Virus record (IMG/VR): IMGVR_UViG_3300028577_000006
DNA length: 64,000 bases
Source: a virus
Taxonomy: Duplodnaviria; Heunggongvirae; Uroviricota; Caudoviricetes
Strand: one strand, 5' to 3'
Made by a program: the position numbers and the translations under genes. This document shows positions 1-9,428 of this stretch, piece after piece. A model generated the notes under the pieces. The model was not told the DNA's origin, searched no databases, and worked only from the letters and a program-made list of their open reading frames with translations. Within the stretch, counting starts at the first letter, position 1. Every line of letters begins with the position of its first letter.

Positions 1-644
1 CTGCTGCCGCGGTTCGCGAAGACGAGGGCAGCGATGCTGCCGCCAACGAGCCAGGTCGTCCACGACATGCCCAGCGGACCCGTGACCGTGCCGTCCGCCT
101 TCGTGGTCTCCAGGAACGAGTACCACTTCTTCGGAGCGCTCGTGACCGGCGCTGGTGTGGTCCAGATCGGCGTCGGTGCCATCGAGCCGTCCGACTGCTG
201 CGTCGGGACGGTCGCGATCGAGATCGGCGCTTGGACCGGCGCGGGCGTCGTGACTGGTACCGCCGTCATGATCGGGTTCGAAGTGTCCGCCGGAGCGATC
301 ACGCTGTTCGGATCGACATAGCCGCCCGGGTCGGCAACGTCGGTGCCGAGACCAAGCAGGCCCATGAGACCGCGGGCAGCCCGAATGGCGGGCGTCGCGC
401 GCAGGTCACCCGGCGCGTACCACATCGGCACCGCGCGCATACCACGCATCGCACGGATGCCACGCGACTCGATCGCCGTCGCGCCCATGCCGCTCATCGC
501 GCGCGAAGCACGCATCGCGCGAATCGCCTCTGGCGTCCGCCACACGCCAGGCCGTGTCGGGTTCGGGTATAGGATGGTCGGCCGACTGGCAGCGAGACCG
601 CCGCGATTCGCGGCAAGACCAACGGACGATGGACGGTACGACAT
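1..644 (-). CDS. Putative virion membrane protein, truncated by the window edge (MSYRP start, Arg/Ala/Met-rich N-terminus, Pro/Thr linker, hydrophobic C-terminal segment)
   Basis: Hand translation from ATG at 644: MSYRPSSVG...IRAMRASRAMSGMGA...GLLGLGTDV...MSWTTWLVGGSIAALVFANRGS, open to position 1. Absent from the ORF track because it is incomplete. Confidence 0.75.
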   Translation of the reverse strand, partial: MSYRPSSVGLAANRGGLAASRPTILYPNPTRPGVWRTPEAIRAMRASRAMSGMGATAIESRGIRAMRGMRAVPMWYAPGDLRATPAIRAARGLMGLLGLGTDVADPGGYVDPNSVIAPADTSNPIMTAVPVTTPAPVQAPISIATVPTQQSDGSMAPTPIWTTPAPVTSAPKKWYSFLETTKADGTVTGPLGMSWTTWLVGGSIAALVFANRGS

Positions 645-647
645 GGA

Positions 648-1586
648 TCAGGCCTTCCTGGCGGCGCGACGAACGCGCTTCGAGTGACGACGATTCTTCC
701 TGGACTTCCGCGACCGATTCGGAGTGGACTTCCGACTCATCAACACCCAGCCAACAGCCGCAAGAGCGGCAGCTCCAACGCCGACATACACCCATGTCAT
801 GTACGATCCAGACGCCGCTGACGACGTGACCGGCATCGCCTGGGTCGTCGAACCAACCAAATCGGACGGGCCGACACCTGGGTCTCCAGTCTGCGCGGTA
901 GCCATCGCTGCATTTGCCGCATCCTGCGCTGCCTGCGCTGCTGCCGCTGCCGCGTCTGCATTGGCCTGCGCCTGCTGAGCGGCGGCGGCATCAGACGCTG
1001 CCTGCGTCGCAGCCGCCTGCTGCGCAGCCTGATTGGCGACCGCCTGCTGCGTCTGTGCAGTGACCAAGGCACTCGTCGCCGCCTGTGTCTTGAGCGCCGC
1101 CAACGCGTTCAGCTTCACAGACACGGTCGGCAGCGTTCCGTCATACTTGCCAGCTGCGATATCAGACAGAAGACCTGTGATCGAAAGAACGCCAAGCTGT
1201 CGTAGCGCAGCCGCCGCGTCAGCGTACGGAGCACCCGCTAGCAGCGATGCGTTCATACTCAGTGCGTTTGCTGCATACGCTTGCAAAGCCGGCGACATGA
1301 TGTTCAGCGCCTGTGTCACAGCCGCCGGATCGATCTTGCCGAACGAGTTAGGCTTGAGCGCCTTCAGCAGCACACCAGAGGTGATCATCGGCGTTCGGTT
1401 CGTGTCGGATGACCCGAAGCTGCCACCGAGTGCGGTCAGATACGTGCCGAGCGCAGCGATGATCGCTGGATCGATGCCGACGTTCGTGCGCGCGGTTGGC
1501 GCTGGCGCGCTCGTGTTCAGATTCAACGCCGGGAAAGCGAGTCCGAGTCCTCCGAAACCTGCCTGCCCTTCCTCATAATAGCTCAT
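648..1586 (-). CDS. Ala/Gln-rich putative virion membrane protein with C-terminal TM helix and basic tail
   Basis: 312 aa ORF, ATGA overlap with the upstream gene, TM-like WVYVGVGAAALAAVGWVLM followed by SRKSTPNRSRKSRKNRR. Confidence 0.8.
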   Translation of the reverse strand: MSYYEEGQAGFGGLGLAFPALNLNTSAPAPTARTNVGIDPAIIAALGTYLTALGGSFGSSDTNRTPMITSGVLLKALKPNSFGKIDPAAVTQALNIMSPALQAYAANALSMNASLLAGAPYADAAAALRQLGVLSITGLLSDIAAGKYDGTLPTVSVKLNALAALKTQAATSALVTAQTQQAVANQAAQQAAATQAASDAAAAQQAQANADAAAAAAQAAQDAANAAMATAQTGDPGVGPSDLVGSTTQAMPVTSSAASGSYMTWVYVGVGAAALAAVGWVLMSRKSTPNRSRKSRKNRRHSKRVRRAARKA

Positions 1587-3814
1587 CTGGCTCTCCTACT
1601 CGTGCGACGGCGACGGGTGTTCTTGCGTGAGCGCGGATGCTCATGACTCGACACCGCGATCAGCGCGCCTGCGACTGCGACGGCCAATAGTAGCGGAACA
1701 GCGACGCTGTTGTCGACCTGACCGAGCCCAGACATACCGCCTGCCCTCTTCCACTGAGCGAGCAGGTCATCCATTCCTGCCGGATACGACTTGTACTCGG
1801 TCTTCCAGGCCTGGATTGTGTTCGCAACCAGCTGGGCGCCGGCCTGACTGGTGGGGCTCAAAGCACGCAGACACGCTAGCACATCCTGCTCGATCTGCCT
1901 TGCATGTGCGTCCGCATTTCCCTTACGGATGGGATCGGCGTTGATCGAGTTGACCTCAGCCCACTTCGAAACCGCCAGCTGATGGCCGGCGATGCATCGA
2001 CTGAGCTTTGCCGTCGTCAAATCGCGGTCTGCATTCGCATCGCCGTGAGCGCCCAGCCAGGCATATCCCACTGCGAGCGCAGCCAGCAGAGGGTTGATGA
2101 CGTTGGACAGCTCCCAGGCAGCCTTGTCGAAGTTGCTGGCCTCGGAAGTCCCCGACTGGTCACAGCCGGCACCCTTGATCTCGAAACACGACCAGCGCGC
2201 ATTCGCCGAGGCGAGCGCCGTGTTGATCACCACGATCACTTGGCGAATGAGCGTGCCGTTCTTGTCGATCTGTGTCGCAACCGCAGGCGCAGGCGCAGGC
2301 GTAGCAGCGGCGCCGAGACCGCTGGTTGGCGTTGCGCTGAATGTCGTGGGGCCAAGAAGGTTCGCAACTCTCTTGACGGTCGCCGCTGTGACCAGAAGCG
2401 GCACAGAGATCTGCGTCTGCGCAGCGTTCGATGCGTCCACCGCGATCGACATCGTCCCTGCCAAGAAGCCGGCGAGCTGCTGGCCAGCGGACATGAAGAC
2501 GCTGCGGATGTTGTTGCGTCTGACCGGATCGGAGTAATCGACGCTCTTGTACTCGTTGAACTTCGCGTTCACGTAGTCGTTGAGCGACGTCGCGGTGCGA
2601 ACGCGCAGCGCGATGTACGGCTTGTACCCGTCATCGCCAAAGCGAGCGAGCGAAGCAGAGACCTGCGCATACAGGTTCTGAAGCGGCACGACTGTCTGCG
2701 TCCACTCCTGCCCAGCCTTCGCGTCGCTTGCGTCCTCGTTCACGCCAAAACGATCGCAGCCAGATGCCGCCGTCAGAAAGCAGACCCAGCGCGAGTACGC
2801 CCGATCCAGCGCCGTCAAGATGATCGCCTCGGCCTTCTGCAAGCCGCTCAGCGTCGCGTAAATCGGTGCTGTCAGATCTGGAATGATGGCATTCAGATCG
2901 TTGACCGACTCAACCGCGCTGCCCCTCATGTCGGAGCGCGTGTTGTTCCTGTTCAGCGCGTCCGAGTAGTCGATCGTCTTGTACTGCGCGAACTTCTGAT
3001 TCGCCCAGTCGCTGGCGGCGGCTGCGGGGGCGAGCGTGATGCGCGCATAGTTGATGTTGTCCGCCTGAAGCGGGCTACTTCCAAAGCTTCCGATCTTTTG
3101 GACAGACAGTCCGTGAGCGTCCAACAGCGGCTGGATGGTGCGGGACTGCTCCTGCGCAGCCTTGTCGTTGCCGTGGTCTTCGTTCGCGCCGAATCGGCCA
3201 CAGCCCGATGCATCGTACTGGTAACAGATGCGGCGTGAGACCGCAGAATCGAGGGCTCGCAAGATCGACTGCCTGACAGCGTTTGCAGTCGCCACGTCCG
3301 TCGCCGCGCCCGCCGCAGACGCGTACTTCCCGGCCATCGCCTGGCCAGTGTCCAACATGTTCTTGCGGATGTTGTTCCGCTTCAACGCGTCAGAGTAGTC
3401 GGTGCTCTTGTACTCGTTGAACCAGTTCTCGATCTGCTCGAAGTCCTGGTCTGCATCAGACATGTTCGACATCGCGTTGTCGACGTTGCCGCCAGCCGCG
3501 CGCGTCTGCTGAATGCACTGAGCCACCTGCGTCTCGATGCGCGAGATGGACGGCTGATCTGGCGACGCTGCCGCCTTCATCTGAACCAGCTGCTGCTGCA
3601 ACTGCGCACACTGCGCTGCCAGTGCGGCAGGGTCAGGTCCGGCCGCTGCACCACTACCAGTAGCGCCGCCGCCTGCGGCTGCCCCGCTGCCGACGAGTGC
3701 GTACGCGGCCACGCCGCCAACGACTGCAAGGCCGCCGACCGCAAGCAGCTTCTGCTTGGTCGAGAGCGGATTGCGTCGCATCCGGCGCCTTCTCGTCTTC
3801 ATTCGGCGGGCCAT
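1583..3814 (-). CDS. 743 aa protein with two TM segments and three Cys-containing internal repeats
   Basis: N-terminal RRRMRRNP plus TM; repeats YKSxDYSDxxxRNNxR and C-x7-GC-x4-(N/S)E; C-terminal TM plus RKNTRRRRTSRRAR. Confidence 0.85.
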   Translation of the reverse strand: MARRMKTRRRRMRRNPLSTKQKLLAVGGLAVVGGVAAYALVGSGAAAGGGATGSGAAAGPDPAALAAQCAQLQQQLVQMKAAASPDQPSISRIETQVAQCIQQTRAAGGNVDNAMSNMSDADQDFEQIENWFNEYKSTDYSDALKRNNIRKNMLDTGQAMAGKYASAAGAATDVATANAVRQSILRALDSAVSRRICYQYDASGCGRFGANEDHGNDKAAQEQSRTIQPLLDAHGLSVQKIGSFGSSPLQADNINYARITLAPAAAASDWANQKFAQYKTIDYSDALNRNNTRSDMRGSAVESVNDLNAIIPDLTAPIYATLSGLQKAEAIILTALDRAYSRWVCFLTAASGCDRFGVNEDASDAKAGQEWTQTVVPLQNLYAQVSASLARFGDDGYKPYIALRVRTATSLNDYVNAKFNEYKSVDYSDPVRRNNIRSVFMSAGQQLAGFLAGTMSIAVDASNAAQTQISVPLLVTAATVKRVANLLGPTTFSATPTSGLGAAATPAPAPAVATQIDKNGTLIRQVIVVINTALASANARWSCFEIKGAGCDQSGTSEASNFDKAAWELSNVINPLLAALAVGYAWLGAHGDANADRDLTTAKLSRCIAGHQLAVSKWAEVNSINADPIRKGNADAHARQIEQDVLACLRALSPTSQAGAQLVANTIQAWKTEYKSYPAGMDDLLAQWKRAGGMSGLGQVDNSVAVPLLLAVAVAGALIAVSSHEHPRSRKNTRRRRTSRRAR

Positions 3815-3827
3815 TCGTCGTTCTCCC

Positions 3828-4118
3828 TCAGAGCCAGGACTGCGTGGCGCACATGTCCATGCATCGGCTGTACGCGCCCTCGGTCAGTGCACCTGAGCAT
3901 CGGTCTTCGCAGACCGGAGCCGTGTCGTAGTAGTAGCCGTACCCGTAGTAGCCAGGGCCCCAGCCCCACGACGGATAGCCCCAGCCGCTGCGACCGCGGC
4001 GCAGGCGTGGTCGACCGCGCCCGCCATGACCGCCGTGCCCATGACCGCCGTGCCCATGGCCACCGCCGCCGCCCTTGCCGAGGCCGCTGGCGATTCTCAT
4101 CGGCTGTCGATAGCTCAC
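3828..4118 (-). CDS. Small Gly/His/Tyr-rich protein with C-terminal Cx3C...Cx3C
   Basis: MSYRQPMRIASGLGKGGGGGHGHGGHGHGGHGG...CEDRC...CMDMC; GTGA overlap with the upstream stop. Confidence 0.7.
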   Translation of the reverse strand: MSYRQPMRIASGLGKGGGGGHGHGGHGHGGHGGRGRPRLRRGRSGWGYPSWGWGPGYYGYGYYYDTAPVCEDRCSGALTEGAYSRCMDMCATQSWL

Positions 4119-4450
4119 GAACGCCTACCCTTCCGTCGCTTCTTGCGCGTGCTCTTGTTCGCTGTTGGCCTCGGATGAGTCATGCGGTCGTAGAAGAACC
4201 ACAGTGACCATGCCGAGAGCGCCAAGCTCGCGTAGGCGACGTACTCCATGCGAACGGCCCGCGAGCGGTCTTCATCCACGGTCGTGGTCTGTCCGAGGTG
4301 GTCGTTCATCAGACGCGGCGGATGCGTCTGGAAAACCATCGGAGAGACGGTGCCACGCTGACGCTGGGGCTGCCCATAGTCGGCGAACACCCAGGGGTTC
4401 GTGACGCCCCAGTTCTGGTACCCGAGCGCTCGGTTGACCTTGTACGTCAT
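4115..4450 (-). CDS. Small membrane protein with basic tail
   Basis: MTYK start, TM-like YVAYASLALSAWSLWFFY, tail PTANKSTRKKRRKGRRS. Confidence 0.75.
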   Translation of the reverse strand: MTYKVNRALGYQNWGVTNPWVFADYGQPQRQRGTVSPMVFQTHPPRLMNDHLGQTTTVDEDRSRAVRMEYVAYASLALSAWSLWFFYDRMTHPRPTANKSTRKKRRKGRRS

Positions 4451-4453
4451 GAT

Positions 4454-4993
4454 TCAGCGCTTCTTCCTGCTCGTGCGCTTGGCGCGGCGACTGCCGCGCT
4501 TCTTCGGACGACTGTTGCGCTTCACGCGACGACGATTGGCACGCAGAGGGTGGCCGCCGATCTTGACCTCCACCTCGTCACCGTCCTCGTCGGTCCGATC
4601 CATGTCGGGCGTCCAGTCGGGATGCGACGGCGAGTACAGCGAGAGATCGAACGAGCCGAACTTCTTCGCCGCTGCTGTGAGCTTCTTGCCAGCCGCTTCT
4701 TCCCAATCATCGTCCTCCCAGAATCCGACGCCATGATCGTTGCGCGTCATCCAGAAGTCGTAGCCGGCCTGCTCGTCCTCGTCGCCACGGCCGAGAAACG
4801 CACCGCTCCAGATCGGCTCGTTGTCGGCGTAGAACTTCTCGCAGTCACGCTTCATCGCTGCGAGTGTCTCTGCGTCGATGTCGCTCGGCTCGTAGTTCTT
4901 GTCGAGCGGATAGCCGCCGCTGTCCGTGCTCTCGTCGTTCGAGGCAAAGAGCGCAGCTTCGATGTACGCATCCGTGAAATCCTTGAGACTCAT
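4454..4993 (-). CDS. Conserved-looking phage protein (AGYDFWMTRNDHGVGFW motif) with basic tail; possible virion core protein
   Basis: 179 aa ORF with an acidic globular part and tail RANRRRVKRNSRPKKRGSRRAKRTSRKKR. Confidence 0.75.
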   Translation of the reverse strand: MSLKDFTDAYIEAALFASNDESTDSGGYPLDKNYEPSDIDAETLAAMKRDCEKFYADNEPIWSGAFLGRGDEDEQAGYDFWMTRNDHGVGFWEDDDWEEAAGKKLTAAAKKFGSFDLSLYSPSHPDWTPDMDRTDEDGDEVEVKIGGHPLRANRRRVKRNSRPKKRGSRRAKRTSRKKR

Positions 4994-5289
4994 CGTGCTC
5001 TCCTGCTCGTGCGGCGCGCACGACGACTCGTGCGGCGATTCTTCTTCATCGGACCCAGCGTCGTCAGGCCTTCGCGCTTGCGGTCAGCGTCGATCTTCAT
5101 CCGCTTCGCAACCACAGCGCTCATCGCGGCGTGGAAGTCCGGACTCGTCGAAGTCAGCGACAGGGCGCCGCTTTCCAAGATGAGCTTCACGTGCCAGCGA
5201 ACGCCGTCGTAGCGACAGTCGATCGCACGCTCGCCGCGGGGGCGAGCCCGCACCCAACGTTCCGCCTGCATACGCGCCTTCGTGGTCAC
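4990..5289 (-). CDS. Small basic protein with Arg-rich tail
   Basis: GTG start at 5289 overlapping the upstream TGA; ends KKNRRTSRRARRTSRRAR. Confidence 0.65.
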   Translation of the reverse strand: MTTKARMQAERWVRARPRGERAIDCRYDGVRWHVKLILESGALSLTSTSPDFHAAMSAVVAKRMKIDADRKREGLTTLGPMKKNRRTSRRARRTSRRAR

Positions 5290-6050
5290 CGGCGGCCTCG
5301 GCTCGTGCGCCTCTTCGTGCGGCTGGTACGCTTCAGATTCTCTGTGACGCGCCAAACGGAGCGGACAAGAGCACGGCGCTCTGCGGCCGTCAGCTCAAAC
5401 TTCTTCTGAACACGCGTGAGCGCCGCCTCACGCTTGGTGCCCAGATTTCGCAGCTTCAGCGCCATCACACGTGCTGCTGTGAACCTGTCCGGACCATTCC
5501 TCTTCGATGCGTTCTGGACGCGATACTCGTTCGCCCACTCCTCTGCCATTTCCTTCGCGACCTGCTTGCGGGTCGCCGGAGTGAACAGACGGTTCCACGT
5601 TCCGCCAACATCCTTGGCGTACTTCTTCGCGCCTTCATCCACGATCCAGCCGAAGCCCTTCGCGGCGAGAGCGAGATCGAACTTGCCCTGCTGCATGCGC
5701 CTGACGAGCGCTTCGCGATACGCCGCGCCCTTCTGGTACGTCGGGTAGTCGTTGTCGATGAAGAGCTTCAACTCGTCCGCTTGCTCTTGGTCGAGCGAGC
5801 CGCCGCGTGCATTTGATGTGAGTGGCTGCGAGTCCCAAACAATCCACACCCAGCCGCGCTTGGGCGCGTCCGTGTACAGGCGCTGGGGGTAGGTCTCCCG
5901 ACGAAGCCACGCGAGCTGGCCACTTGGCATCTGCACGCGCACCTCACGTCCCCAATCAGGAAGCTTGACGCCCGTGGCGCGTGCGAGCTTGCCCGCGTCC
6001 GCGTCAGAGATGCGGTAGTGCGTGCCGCCAGAGATGGACTTCAGCTTCAT
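5286..6050 (-). CDS. Hypothetical protein (ADELKLFIDND...GKFDLALAAK domain) with basic tail; possible core protein
   Basis: 254 aa ORF with coding-like GC3; tail VTENLKRTSRTKRRTSRGRR. Confidence 0.75.
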   Translation of the reverse strand: MKLKSISGGTHYRISDADAGKLARATGVKLPDWGREVRVQMPSGQLAWLRRETYPQRLYTDAPKRGWVWIVWDSQPLTSNARGGSLDQEQADELKLFIDNDYPTYQKGAAYREALVRRMQQGKFDLALAAKGFGWIVDEGAKKYAKDVGGTWNRLFTPATRKQVAKEMAEEWANEYRVQNASKRNGPDRFTAARVMALKLRNLGTKREAALTRVQKKFELTAAERRALVRSVWRVTENLKRTSRTKRRTSRGRR

Positions 6051-6052
6051 GA

Positions 6053-6400
6053 TCAGTCCTCGTTGCCAGCCTTCATGTTCCGGCGAGCGAAGCGCTTGTT
6101 GCGCTCACTCTTCTTCTTGCGCGCGTGGCGCGGGCGCCACCATCCGAAGTACGCCCAGATCGCGCCCATGCCGACTGCGCCGACCGCGAGTCCGAACGTC
6201 ATCGTGCGGTAGAACGGGACCGTGTCCGTTGCCGTCGTCGCAGGCGTCTGCCCGATACCGTACAGCGGATACGGCGCCATGCCGGCTGCCTGACGGGCGC
6301 CGCCACTCGCTCGCTGCGCCTCCGCCGCGTACATGACGGGCCCTGGGCTGCCGTCCTGATCGACCACGTAGTCCGCTGCGCTCATCTTTCGCGGTGCCAT
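6053..6400 (-). CDS. Small membrane protein with basic tail
   Basis: LYGIGQ motif, TM-like FGLAVGAVGMGAIWAYFGWW, tail RPRHARKKKSERNKRFARRN. Confidence 0.75.
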   Translation of the reverse strand: MAPRKMSAADYVVDQDGSPGPVMYAAEAQRASGGARQAAGMAPYPLYGIGQTPATTATDTVPFYRTMTFGLAVGAVGMGAIWAYFGWWRPRHARKKKSERNKRFARRNMKAGNED

Positions 6401-6403
6401 GAC

Positions 6404-7900
6404 TCAGTTCTTCCTTCCACGGCGCGACGAGCGCCGGCTGTTCCGCTTCATCTGACGCATCATCTTCCGGAAGCTGTTCTTGACGTTCGCGGTCATCTTC
6501 TTGCCCGTGTCCGTCTGCGTCGCGGCGAGATAGCCGACTCCGAGCACGCCCACGCCGATCGCGATGTTCCTCGGCGTCAGAAGACCGAGCCCAGAAGAAG
6601 AAGTCGCAGGCGCCGGTGCAGGGGCCACAAGCGAGTCCGGCGCAGTCTGCGTGACCTCGCCCATGCCCGCTGCTGCCGGCGAGTGATAGAAGCTGCCCAG
6701 GTCGGCCTGAAGCTTCTTCTGATCGGCAACGAGCGGACCGATGTGGTCGGCTGCCGCCTTCGAGAGCGCCGGCTTGTTCGCGCGAATCGACGAGGCCATC
6801 CGATCGAGTCGCGGCAGACCGCCGCCAGCCTTGGCCCGATCCGACAGGTCGCGCATCGTCGCATGCATCACGCAGTGCGCGAGCGTGTCTTCGAGCGCTG
6901 CGTCGGGCTTGTAGCCCATCTGCACGAGACGATCGGCGACGAGCTTCGCCTTGCGCGCCATCTGCGGACCGAGCGCATCCGTCGCCGACGCGAGGAACTG
7001 CGAGCGCGTCGCCTGGCTCGGCATCAGCTTCGCCTCGGAGATGAGGCAGCTGGCCGCCTTTCGCCCGAACGCCTCGATGTGCGAGGACGGCCCGAGACGA
7101 TCCGACTGCATCTTCGGCATCGGCCGACGACCCTGCGCGTTTCCGTTCATGAACGGGCTGAACGCCTTCGGCGGCGGCGCGAGCGCCGGCACGCGCTTGC
7201 TGAGTGGAACGCCACTCGCGTTGACCTGCGTGACGGTCCAGTTGTCAGCGGTGGAATCCCACATCGCCGACTGCTGCATGCCGTCTGGATCTTCCTCTGC
7301 GATGTACGCCGGCTGCGCGAACTGGTTGGCAAAGATGCCGTCTCGCGCGCGGAACGTGACACCCTCTTCGACGTCGAAGATTCCAGAGCCGATGACGTTC
7401 TGTTCGCTGTCGTCGTACTCGTAGGACGAGCGATCGTACTCGGTGAGCGGATCGATGCCCTCGTGCGATGGCATCTCGTTCTCTTGCGACGGAACGAACG
7501 CCGCCTGGCGCGCGATCGAGTCGGGCGTCGCGTAGCGCGGCATCAGGCCGTTCGACGACTGACGAGCGTCCGAGTCGCCGAGATCCGACATGTCCGTGCC
7601 CTGCTGCGAGTACGGACGATAGCCGGAGTTGTCCGCGATCTGCCACGGGTTCTCGCCGTACGTCGTCTGATTCATGCCAGGACCGTTGTCCATGTCATCC
7701 ATCATGACGAAGCTCGACGTGCCCTCGACATCCGTCGCCGGAGCAGGACCACCGCCGCGCTTCGGGAGTTCCTCCTGAAGCTCATCGGTCAGGAAGTCGT
7801 CATCCACGGACGAGCCCTGGTAGTCCTGCACGTCGAGGTTGGCATTGCCGCGCATCGTCGGCAGCTCCATCTCGTCATCTGCAAAAAGGTCTTCGCTCAT
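6404..7900 (-). CDS. Protein with acidic disordered N-terminus, helical domain, C-terminal TM and basic tail
   Basis: ATG at 7900 (MSEDLFADD) with upstream GGGAAGAG; TM IAIGVGVLGVGYLAAT; tail MTAN...KRNSRRSSRRGRKN. Confidence 0.8.
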   Translation of the reverse strand: MSEDLFADDEMELPTMRGNANLDVQDYQGSSVDDDFLTDELQEELPKRGGGPAPATDVEGTSSFVMMDDMDNGPGMNQTTYGENPWQIADNSGYRPYSQQGTDMSDLGDSDARQSSNGLMPRYATPDSIARQAAFVPSQENEMPSHEGIDPLTEYDRSSYEYDDSEQNVIGSGIFDVEEGVTFRARDGIFANQFAQPAYIAEEDPDGMQQSAMWDSTADNWTVTQVNASGVPLSKRVPALAPPPKAFSPFMNGNAQGRRPMPKMQSDRLGPSSHIEAFGRKAASCLISEAKLMPSQATRSQFLASATDALGPQMARKAKLVADRLVQMGYKPDAALEDTLAHCVMHATMRDLSDRAKAGGGLPRLDRMASSIRANKPALSKAAADHIGPLVADQKKLQADLGSFYHSPAAAGMGEVTQTAPDSLVAPAPAPATSSSGLGLLTPRNIAIGVGVLGVGYLAATQTDTGKKMTANVKNSFRKMMRQMKRNSRRSSRRGRKN

Positions 7901-7949
7901 GTCCGTCTCTTCCCGCTTGTTGTAGGCGCCCAGCCTGTTTCGGTATCGA

Positions 7950-8663
7950 TCAACTAAGAAGAATCCACGCAAGGGCGGCGACACCCAGAATCCCGCCGCC
8001 AGTCATGATCAATCTGTTACGCGCCACCGTCGCACTGGCCGCTGACTGCTGAGCAAGAAGCAGCTGCTGCTGCGCTTGCTGAGCCTGAGTGGCGGCGAGT
8101 GTCGCCTGAGCTTCGCGCTGTTCCCGAGAACAGTCCATCGCTCCACCGGCGATTTGTGAACCAACTCCGATGAGGCCACCGATGATTGTACCGTAGACCG
8201 GTACGATGCTGACGATCCCGCCAGCAGTTGCTGCACCGCCAGCGATTGTGCAGCCTGCGGCACGATCGTTCTCGGAAAGCTGACCCAGCGGGGTGTCGAG
8301 GAGTCGGTCCCAGCCGAGCTTGTTGCCGACTTCGTTCCGGACCGCCTGCGCGCCGCGCTTGTAGACGCGCTCCGCAAGCGTGCCGCGAATCGCGTCGAAC
8401 ATCGCTTGGTCCTTGTTGCGATCCTTGAGATTCGTCGCGTACCGAACAGTGACCGACGGCCACAAGCCCGGCTGAAGCTCGTCGAGCTTCGCGCGAAGGA
8501 CGGCGTACCGATCGGCGACAGGCGCCCTGGCGACCGCCAACATGATGCTGCTCGCATCGAGAGACGCGCGCGCGAAGATCGGATTCGAGGACGCAGCCGC
8601 CCCGACAGAGATGCCTGTGGCTTCTCCGAGACCTCGACGCCTGCGTGCTGCTCGATACGACAC
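7950..8663 (-). CDS. Putative virion membrane protein, paralog of the gene at 8667-9428
   Basis: MSYRAARRRRGLGE start; ASSIML...QPGL...KDQAMFD domain; glycine-zipper segment; C-terminal TM. Confidence 0.8.
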   Translation of the reverse strand: MSYRAARRRRGLGEATGISVGAAASSNPIFARASLDASSIMLAVARAPVADRYAVLRAKLDELQPGLWPSVTVRYATNLKDRNKDQAMFDAIRGTLAERVYKRGAQAVRNEVGNKLGWDRLLDTPLGQLSENDRAAGCTIAGGAATAGGIVSIVPVYGTIIGGLIGVGSQIAGGAMDCSREQREAQATLAATQAQQAQQQLLLAQQSAASATVARNRLIMTGGGILGVAALAWILLS

Positions 8664-8666
8664 ACG

Positions 8667-9428
8667 TTACTTCTTCAGAACGCCGTAGAGGATGGTCGCG
8701 ATCACCAGCCCGCCGCCGCCGAGCAGTAGGTACTGGAAGGTCATCTGCTCTTGGTGCTGTTGCAGCTGAAGCTGCTGGAGCCCACTGCTCTGCGCTGCCT
8801 GTGCCTGCGCCTGCGCGGTCTGAGCCTGAAGCGCCAGCTGACCCGCGTTGCATCCGGCGATCTGCCCGCCAGCCTGAGCACCCGTGATGCCAGATGTCGA
8901 ACTACTGCCACCGGTGTTGAACTGCGCGAGCAATCCGCTGACGAGACCGGTGGTGCCAGCGCCGTACGAGCAAAACAGCGCGTTCGCATCGTTGACGCCC
9001 TGACTCGTGTGGCCTGCGACCTCCGCGACTGTCTGCCCGAGACCGGACACCCCCTTGGCAGCGGCGAGCGTCCGCGCTGTCAGGACGTTGGCAACGGCAG
9101 CAGTGATGACGTCGAACATCGCCTGGTCCTTCGCCGTCGTCGGCTTGCCAGCCGAAAGACGGTGGAAGTTCAGCTTGGCAGTCTCTCCAAGGCCAGGCTG
9201 CGCTGCGTTCAGGATGGAGACCATCTCTCCAAGACGCTTGGCAGGCGGAACCGAAGCCATACGGAGCATGATCTGCGATGCGAGGACGGACGCCGAAGAG
9301 ACGATCGGGTTCGTCTGCGTCAGAGCGCTCGCAACAACCGGAGCCTGCTCTGGCTCCACGGCACCCAGCCCGAGAAGGCCGCGACGCGACATCCCTCGGA
9401 GCCTGGAGACTCGGCCTCGGTAGCTCAT
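8667..9428 (-). CDS. Putative virion membrane protein, paralog of the gene at 7950-8663
   Basis: Start at ATG 9428 (MSYRGRVSRLRGMSRRGLLGLGA) with SD AGGAGAAGG; ASQIML...QPGL...KDQAMFD; C-terminal TM. Confidence 0.8.
   Translation of the reverse strand: MSYRGRVSRLRGMSRRGLLGLGAVEPEQAPVVASALTQTNPIVSSASVLASQIMLRMASVPPAKRLGEMVSILNAAQPGLGETAKLNFHRLSAGKPTTAKDQAMFDVITAAVANVLTARTLAAAKGVSGLGQTVAEVAGHTSQGVNDANALFCSYGAGTTGLVSGLLAQFNTGGSSSTSGITGAQAGGQIAGCNAGQLALQAQTAQAQAQAAQSSGLQQLQLQQHQEQMTFQYLLLGGGGLVIATILYGVLKK

Noticed and set aside
6125-7957. Long plus-strand ORF (610 aa) and similar shadows at 1904-3238, 11741-13669, 32243-33538 and 58278-60926
   Set aside because: Antisense shadows of high-GC3 genes: Arg/His/Val-rich composition, no motifs and no RBS
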